From positions 1 to 64,000 of the IMG/VR virus record IMGVR_UViG_3300030202_003189: a stretch of 64,000 nucleotides of DNA. One strand, written 5' to 3'. This document shows positions 57,647 to 64,000 of the stretch, in pieces. A model generated the notes under the pieces. The model was not told the origin of the DNA. It did no database searches and was given only the letters and a program-made list of their open reading frames with translations. The stretch's first letter is position 1. Each line of letters opens with the position of its first letter. The position numbers were made by a program, and so were the translations under genes.

Positions 57647-60388
57647 ATGGGTTTACGAACTTTACATTCTTTATTAAATGAACAGAATTCTGTGACTGCG
57701 TTAAGAGCCCAATTAAAAACTCTTAATAAACAAATAAAGGATGCTCAGACGCAACTAAAGGCGGCATCATCAAAAGGTGCAGAGGTTAGCGATATTAGTG
57801 ACCAACTAAGTTCCATATATAAACAAATAGCCGATAAGAATAGAGCCAATACTGAAACAGTAGAGTTAAACTACTATATTAAATTAGTTAATGATCTTAC
57901 TGATAAAGTAACATCAATAAGACATCATAAAGAAACTCCAGAAGCGGAACCCAATGCTTTTTTGTCTGAGGCGAAAGAACTACACTCTTCAGTTACTAAC
58001 TGTTTATCACAAATACCTCCATTAAAGTCACAACTAAGTCAACTAAAAAAACAATACTACGAAGCTAAGAAAGGTGCGGTAATACAAAAGAAAATTAATA
58101 CCAAAACTAAAAAGTTGGCAGATATACAAAAAGACATGGAAGTTATAGAAAAAGTAAAGTCGGACCAGAGTACTAAAATAAGTGATGCCGAATCTAAAAA
58201 GGTTGCAAATGCACAGAAAGCTTTAGATAGAATATCCTTAATTGAACCTATTAGTGAACAGCAACAACCTTTAACACCAGAGGACGAAAGGGCGAAAAAA
58301 GAATGTGAGTTAAATCTTAAGGGATTACAAAATGAAATGGCTAATTGGAATGCTCTTTTGGCTAAAGTACAAGCGTCGGCTACTGCAGAACCAGTTAAAG
58401 AGGATACAATGTCAGGGTGGCAATCAGGTTACCCAGATGCAACCGGAGGAGACAGTTATACATTTCAAAGTAAAGGTCCTCTAGGGTCACAACCAGATTT
58501 AGAGGATGAAGGATTTACCACTTTTTATGGAGATTCTGATGAGCATGAACAGGGTTATAATTTTGATGGTGATGGACCTGAACTCGGTGAAGATCCAGAA
58601 ACAATAGAAGAAAGATATCAGGTAAACTATAACACAAAATTACAAGAGAAATTTGCAAGTAAGGACCAAATGAAGTATTTATATAGTAACGAACCTGAGG
58701 CGGCTAAGAAATTAGCATCAAAAATGACAAAGAAGGACTATAAGAAGTTACCAAAAAAGGTAAAGAAAAATAAAAAGGATGGTAGGATTAAAGAATTACA
58801 GGTATGGGGAGTTAACTCCAACCCAGGGTTCGGTCTCGGAGACGTACCACGAGATAGTATGATAGACTACCAAACAAAAAATCAAAGCGCTTATAATATG
58901 ATAGGTTTAGGAGAAAACAACAGACCAAAAATGAAAAAAGGGAAGTTATTAGAATATGTTTCAGAGTTAACCACAAGAGGTGGGGCTAATGGAAAAGTTT
59001 ACAAGAAAAAAGATATAATAAAATCTTCGGCTCCATTTATAACTGAGGCTCCTATTGACTATGGGGATAGACCTGAAAGAATTAATCCTGATATTGCGGC
59101 AAAATTATCCTCACAAGATACACCATTTGGACAAGACCACCCGGCTTTCCCAAAAGTAGGAGAAGATGAAGTTTATAGTAACTATGAAGAGTTGATAGCG
59201 TCAAAAAGATTCAAAGATGTTGTAGACACTTTTAAGAGGTACACAGGAGTTGAGGGAAATGCTACCGATATGCAAAATCTAATGGGTCTACAAGGTATGA
59301 TGATGCAGTCTTTACAAAATACATTAAGGATAGAGAGTTCTAATAAACAAAGATTAGAAGATTTAGCCGTAGAGATTGTTACTAAAGACTTAAACGTACC
59401 TGAGGGATCTTTACAGTTTGATGTTGAGATAACAGGCATGCAGAAATTGAGTAAAGACGACATGAAACAAAAACCTAAAAACCAAGAACAGTCTCTTGAA
59501 ATGGAAGAAGACACTCTAGAGCATATGGAGGAGTTGGATCTTGAGGTTTCTAAACGAAGGTTTATTAATTCTATGATGCAAGGTTCTGCTAAGAAAGCTC
59601 TTTATTTATACCATATGGTTAGTGATGAACTTAATGGAATTGACCCTAATCTTATGAATCTATATGGAGTGGTTATTTCAGCTAATGACCTTATGTACTG
59701 GATTATGCCGGATATGATGGGTGGAGGTGGTGGAGAAGGTGCACAAGTTTTTGGTAAAGAAAAAATTGACTTATCTACAAACCCACCTACAGTAGTTGCT
59801 AAAGGAATGACGTTTCCAGTATTAGTACATGAATTACACAAAGGAGTTATGGAATATCTTTCTTTACATGGACTTCCTGGAGATAAAGAGTTAAGACAAA
59901 AGGTTATGGATAAAACAGACTTTTTAGAAGATGAAATGTGGGACTTAAGATTAGGACCAGGTTTATGGGAAAGATTTATAGATGCAATAGGGGCCGACGA
60001 CTTTGATGTTAAAAATCATCTATATACGGAAATCATTCAAATGCCAGCTAAAGAATTCTTGGAGTTTATGAAAGAAATACAATCTGGTAGTCCAGAGGGA
60101 AAATACAAAATGGTAAATTTGGCTAAGAAAATTAAAAGTGAGATTCAACAAGACGAATATGAGGAAGCAACAGGTGAATATAAGGAAGATGACGAACCAA
60201 TTAGAGATATACCTGGTTCTGAAGGAACTGATGTGTTAGACGATATAAATGTTAAAGATTTATTTCCACCTGGTAGTGAATTAGGCGACGAAGAAGAAAT
60301 GGATATCGACTCTCTTCTAGACAAAATATCTGATACCGGAATGGAGTCTCTAACACCTGAGGAACTACAATTCTTAAAAGACCAATAG
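57647..60388 (+). CDS. 913-aa LxE-punctuated protein (coiled coil, acidic linker, core domain, DUF6576-like tail)
   Basis: LLNEQ, ISEQ, VKED, LQEK, IKEL and ITEA sites; terminal IDSLLDKISDTGMESLTPEELQFL. Confidence 0.85.
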   Translation: MGLRTLHSLLNEQNSVTALRAQLKTLNKQIKDAQTQLKAASSKGAEVSDISDQLSSIYKQIADKNRANTETVELNYYIKLVNDLTDKVTSIRHHKETPEAEPNAFLSEAKELHSSVTNCLSQIPPLKSQLSQLKKQYYEAKKGAVIQKKINTKTKKLADIQKDMEVIEKVKSDQSTKISDAESKKVANAQKALDRISLIEPISEQQQPLTPEDERAKKECELNLKGLQNEMANWNALLAKVQASATAEPVKEDTMSGWQSGYPDATGGDSYTFQSKGPLGSQPDLEDEGFTTFYGDSDEHEQGYNFDGDGPELGEDPETIEERYQVNYNTKLQEKFASKDQMKYLYSNEPEAAKKLASKMTKKDYKKLPKKVKKNKKDGRIKELQVWGVNSNPGFGLGDVPRDSMIDYQTKNQSAYNMIGLGENNRPKMKKGKLLEYVSELTTRGGANGKVYKKKDIIKSSAPFITEAPIDYGDRPERINPDIAAKLSSQDTPFGQDHPAFPKVGEDEVYSNYEELIASKRFKDVVDTFKRYTGVEGNATDMQNLMGLQGMMMQSLQNTLRIESSNKQRLEDLAVEIVTKDLNVPEGSLQFDVEITGMQKLSKDDMKQKPKNQEQSLEMEEDTLEHMEELDLEVSKRRFINSMMQGSAKKALYLYHMVSDELNGIDPNLMNLYGVVISANDLMYWIMPDMMGGGGGEGAQVFGKEKIDLSTNPPTVVAKGMTFPVLVHELHKGVMEYLSLHGLPGDKELRQKVMDKTDFLEDEMWDLRLGPGLWERFIDAIGADDFDVKNHLYTEIIQMPAKEFLEFMKEIQSGSPEGKYKMVNLAKKIKSEIQQDEYEEATGEYKEDDEPIRDIPGSEGTDVLDDINVKDLFPPGSELGDEEEMDIDSLLDKISDTGMESLTPEELQFLKDQ

Positions 60389-60417
60389 ACTATTTATAAG
60401 TGTTCCTAAGTCCTTTA

Positions 60418-60425
60418 TATTTATA
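60418..60425 (+). promoter_or_regulatory. Putative phage late promoter TATTTATA
   Basis: TATTTATA-GTAT-ATG ahead of terminase. Confidence 0.65.
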
Positions 60426-60429
60426 GTAT

Positions 60430-62199
60430 ATGGGAGAGACTAAAAGAAACGCAAGATTAGAAACAGTAATGTTATGGGGTAAATGTAAGTATGACCCAGC
60501 ATATTTTATTGAAAACTTTTTACAGACTTTTGATAAAACAAAAGGAACCTTTGTTAAGTTTAGTCCATTTCCCAAACAACTTGAAGCTATAAAATCTTAT
60601 AAAGATAATCGTTATAATATTGTTCTAAAATATCGACAGGCGGGTATATCCACACTAACAGCTGCTTATATTACATGGTTAGTATCTTTTGCATCCAAAG
60701 ATAATCCAGAAAAAGTCTTAATCTTAGCGAATAAACGAGAGACCGCAATGGAATTTCTTAATAAAGCAAAAGTGTTTCATTCGCAATTACCTAAGTGGAT
60801 ATCCGTAGATATTGGAGATACAAACTCAAAACAACATGTTAGATTTAGTAATGGATGTGAAATAAAAGCGGTGGCAACTTCTGCAGATGCTCTTAGAGGG
60901 TACACACCATCTTTGTTAATTTTAGACGAGGCGGCCTTTATTGAGGGTGGTCAGGATGTGTGGGCGGCTTGCCAAGCTTCACTTTCAACAGGAGGGGACG
61001 CAATTTTAGTATCAACACCTAATGGATATGACCCTATATACCACACTACCTACGATGGTGCGAAAAAAGGAGTAAATGATTTTAAGATTGTTGAAATGAG
61101 GTGGTATGAAGACCCAAGATTCAATAAGGATTTGGAGTGGGAAAAGGATGGAGAAGAAAATATTATATGTGGAACAGAAGATCTTAAATCATATGAGCAA
61201 TATGTTATCGATGGTTACAAACCAACATCACCATGGTATTCGGAGATGATACGACAAATGAATGGTAACATGAGATTAGTTAATCAGGAAATTAATTGTG
61301 ATTTTTTAGGTTCTGGAGAAACTGTAATTGATAAAGAGTGGATAGAGTTACAGGAAAAGGAAAATAAAAGAGACCCAATTAGAAAAGAAGGGATAGAAAA
61401 AGAACTGTGGATATGGAAGGATCCAGAACCAGGGAAAAAATATGTTATGGGTGTAGATGTTTCTACTGGACAGTCTGATGATTTTAGTGCTTTTAGTATA
61501 ATATGTTTGGACTGTCAGGATGGGGAAGAACAAGTTGCGGAATATTACGGAAAGATGCCTCCAGATGAGTTAGCTAATTATGTGTGGCATGCAGGTACAA
61601 GATACAATGCTTATGTTATAATTGATATAACAGGAGGGGTTGGGTTGCCAACTTCTCTAAAATTAAAAGAAATGGGGTATACCCAATTACATTACCCAAA
61701 TGGGGATAGGAATAAAAATCCAGGTTTTAATATCGACTCTAATAGAAGAATAGTTGTTAGTGAGTTAGAGGAATCAGTTAGAACAAATAGAGTTAAAATA
61801 CGTTCTGAAAGAACTATTGCAGAAATGACTACTTTTATTTTTAGGAATGGAAGACCTGACCATATGGTAGGTTATCATGATGATCTTTTATGGGGATTAG
61901 CCATGGGATTATATGTTGCGAATACCACTTTTAAGGAAATACAAAAGAATAAAAATCACTCAGCGGCAATAATGGATAGTTGGATGACAACTACACAAGC
62001 AAATGAACATATAGAATCTATAAAACCTATGGGTGAAAAAATGTCTTTATCAACCCCACCAAGTAACACACCAGAAAAAATGAATGAAAGATTTCCTGAC
62101 CCTATGCACCCTTTTGGTGCTCCGAATCAGGATGCGAGACACATGTATAAAGAACATGGTTGGTTATTCGGAAATATGATGAGAGGAAAACGTTCTTAA
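60430..62199 (+). CDS. terL: Terminase large subunit (T4 gp17-like)
   Basis: KYRQAGIST, LLILDEAAF (Walker B), VSTPNG, YVMGVDVSTG..DFSA and HDDL nuclease motifs. Confidence 0.95.
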   Translation: MGETKRNARLETVMLWGKCKYDPAYFIENFLQTFDKTKGTFVKFSPFPKQLEAIKSYKDNRYNIVLKYRQAGISTLTAAYITWLVSFASKDNPEKVLILANKRETAMEFLNKAKVFHSQLPKWISVDIGDTNSKQHVRFSNGCEIKAVATSADALRGYTPSLLILDEAAFIEGGQDVWAACQASLSTGGDAILVSTPNGYDPIYHTTYDGAKKGVNDFKIVEMRWYEDPRFNKDLEWEKDGEENIICGTEDLKSYEQYVIDGYKPTSPWYSEMIRQMNGNMRLVNQEINCDFLGSGETVIDKEWIELQEKENKRDPIRKEGIEKELWIWKDPEPGKKYVMGVDVSTGQSDDFSAFSIICLDCQDGEEQVAEYYGKMPPDELANYVWHAGTRYNAYVIIDITGGVGLPTSLKLKEMGYTQLHYPNGDRNKNPGFNIDSNRRIVVSELEESVRTNRVKIRSERTIAEMTTFIFRNGRPDHMVGYHDDLLWGLAMGLYVANTTFKEIQKNKNHSAAIMDSWMTTTQANEHIESIKPMGEKMSLSTPPSNTPEKMNERFPDPMHPFGAPNQDARHMYKEHGWLFGNMMRGKRS

Positions 62200-62240
62200 G
62201 GTTTATATTATGAATTTTTTAGTTTATTATTAGTAATAAG

Positions 62241-62248
62241 TATTTATA
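62241..62248 (+). promoter_or_regulatory. Putative phage late promoter TATTTATA
   Basis: 18 nt upstream of the portal start. Confidence 0.6.
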
Positions 62249-62266
62249 TTAAACAATACGAATTAA

Positions 62267-64000
62267 ATGGCCAAGAGAAATTTAACAATATATCAGAAAT
62301 TACAACAAGTATTTGGTGCGGGGGCAATGAGAAGGACCCCACCAAGTTATAATGTTGACCCAAGTAAAATACTACTTAAAACACCATCAAAGTCTGAGTT
62401 CGATCAAGAAAAACTACAGGCTCAACAACAAGCTTTTCTAAAAGGACAATGGAATAAAGTAGATAGTGAGTTATATAACCAAGCCATTTATTATGAAACA
62501 ACTAGACTAGCATCATTTTATGATTTTGAGTCGATGGAATTTACACCAGAAATTGCCGCAGCTTTAGATATATACGCAGAAGAAAGTTGTACTCCAGATG
62601 AAACAGGAACTTTACTTACTGTAGAATCAGACTCTAGTAGAATAAAAGATATACTAGATAATCTCTTCCATAAGGTTCTTGACCTACACGCGGTATTACC
62701 AGCTTGGACAAGAAATACCTGTAAGTATGGGGATAATTTTGTTTACCTAAAAATTGACCCAAAACAAGGTATTATTGGGGCATCACAATTACCAAACATT
62801 GAGATAGAGAGAAAGGATGAAAGTAGTTATCTTACCTCACGAAAATCCGGGACCTATGGAGTTGAGGGGGAGGAAGAAAAAGATAAGAACATTAAGTTTG
62901 AATGGAGAAATAAATCAATCTCTTTTAACGCTTGGGAAATTGCTCATTTTAGGTTACTAGGAGATGATAGAAGACTACCATATGGAACTTCTTTATTAGA
63001 AAAAGTAAGACGAATCTGGAAACAATTATTATTATCGGAAGATGCTATGATGATATACAGGGTAACTAGAGCGCCGGAAAGAAGAGTCTTTAAGATAAAT
63101 GTTGGTAATATTGATGATCAAGATGTACAAGCATATGTGAATAAGATTGCTAATAATTTCAAAAGAAGTCATGCTATAGATCAAAATACAGGTCAGGCAG
63201 ATTTAAGATATAACGCATTAGCGGTTGACCAAGACTTTTTTGTTCCAGTTCGTAATGACGGAGCTGCTAATCCAATTGAGACACTACCAGGGGCTGGTAA
63301 TTTAGATCAGATTGCTGATATCGAGTACATCCAAAAGAAAATGTTATCAGCTTTAAGAATCCCAAAACCTTTTTTAGGGTTTGAAGAACCAGCGGGAGAA
63401 GGAAAGAATTTAGCACTTCAGGATATTCGTTTTGCTCGAACAATCAACAGAGTTCAACAATCAATGATTCAAGAACTTAATAAGATTGCTATAATACATC
63501 TTTATATTTTAGGTTTTGAGGATGAGTTGGAGAACTTTACCCTAAGATTGCAGAATCCATCAACACAAGCCGAAATGTTAAAAATAGAACAGTTCCAATC
63601 AAAAGTGGCGTTGTATAGAGATTCGGTGTCTGATGCAGGTAATGGTTTTGGTGCAACTTCTATGACTTGGGCAAAGAAAAATATATTAGGTTTTAGTGAT
63701 GATGATATTCTTCTAGATTTAGAAAGACAAAGAATGGAAAAAGCCGCAGCGGCAGAGATGGAGAACACTGCGGAAGTGATAAAAAGTACTGGTATTTTTG
63801 ATGAGGTAGATAAACTATATGGACAGGCGGCGGAAGGTGAAGATGTACCAGCAGAAGATAGCGGTGACGAACCACCAACTCCAGGAGAAGCAACTGGTGA
63901 TGTACCCCCACCGGCAGACGTAGATATGGATGATGATATGATGATGGAAAAGAAGAGTAGTTATGAAAATCTAGTTGATATTGTAAATCTTGATACAAAA
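62267..64000 (+). CDS. Portal protein (T4 gp20-like), 3-prime incomplete (not in ORF track)
   Basis: Translated by hand: PEIAAALDIYAEE, TCKYGDNF, HFRL..PYGTSLLE, EDAMMIYRVTRAPERRVFKINVGN, DFFVPVR, IETLPGAGNL..DIEY; no stop within the window. Confidence 0.93.
   Translation, partial: MAKRNLTIYQKLQQVFGAGAMRRTPPSYNVDPSKILLKTPSKSEFDQEKLQAQQQAFLKGQWNKVDSELYNQAIYYETTRLASFYDFESMEFTPEIAAALDIYAEESCTPDETGTLLTVESDSSRIKDILDNLFHKVLDLHAVLPAWTRNTCKYGDNFVYLKIDPKQGIIGASQLPNIEIERKDESSYLTSRKSGTYGVEGEEEKDKNIKFEWRNKSISFNAWEIAHFRLLGDDRRLPYGTSLLEKVRRIWKQLLLSEDAMMIYRVTRAPERRVFKINVGNIDDQDVQAYVNKIANNFKRSHAIDQNTGQADLRYNALAVDQDFFVPVRNDGAANPIETLPGAGNLDQIADIEYIQKKMLSALRIPKPFLGFEEPAGEGKNLALQDIRFARTINRVQQSMIQELNKIAIIHLYILGFEDELENFTLRLQNPSTQAEMLKIEQFQSKVALYRDSVSDAGNGFGATSMTWAKKNILGFSDDDILLDLERQRMEKAAAAEMENTAEVIKSTGIFDEVDKLYGQAAEGEDVPAEDSGDEPPTPGEATGDVPPPADVDMDDDMMMEKKSSYENLVDIVNLDTK

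Noticed and set aside
59790-59860. VHELHKG in ORF 57647 as a zinc metalloprotease motif
   Set aside because: It does not fit HExxH spacing, and no third ligand is evident

Overview
This window is 64 kb of an AT-rich (about one third GC) T4-like jumbo phage genome in the standard genetic code. The host is almost certainly Bacteroidota/Flavobacteriia, based on exact TTTG-N20-TAnnTTTG promoters, a T9SS C-terminal sorting domain, signal peptides cleaved before Gln, and a Bacteroidota-type bS22 peptide. The first ~9.5 kb holds small early/accessory genes (CDGSH Fe-S protein, cytidylyltransferase, prolyl 4-hydroxylase, ClpP, cyclophilin, P-loop kinase, truncated CorA, membrane peptides, a 30-aa bS22-like ribosomal protein). 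Most of 9.5-60 kb is a large set of genes preceded by a strand-specific TATTTAT(A/T) motif. Their products share recurring short helical leader/tail motifs ending in (L/I)-x-E, which matches T4-type prohead-protease cleavage sites. These tags sit on Cys-rich modular proteins, GCTD-repeat proteins, polyproline/basic proteins and enzymes (PD-(D/E)XK nuclease, PAP2 phosphatase, DHH phosphoesterase, a kinase-DUF4314-DUF192 polyprotein, an S74 chaperone fusion). The best overall hypothesis is a very large tagged, protease-matured virion cargo proteome. Also present are a T9SS-cargo plus outer-membrane-barrel cassette, glutamine synthetase II, an M23 peptidase, ClpC, KTSC, a Pol-beta nucleotidyltransferase, tRNA-Pro(UGG), and a 1.1-kb non-coding region with convergent promoters around a GC-rich hairpin. 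The terminase large subunit and a T4 gp20-like portal (running off the window end) close the window. Family assignments come from motif recognition only; no database searches were run.
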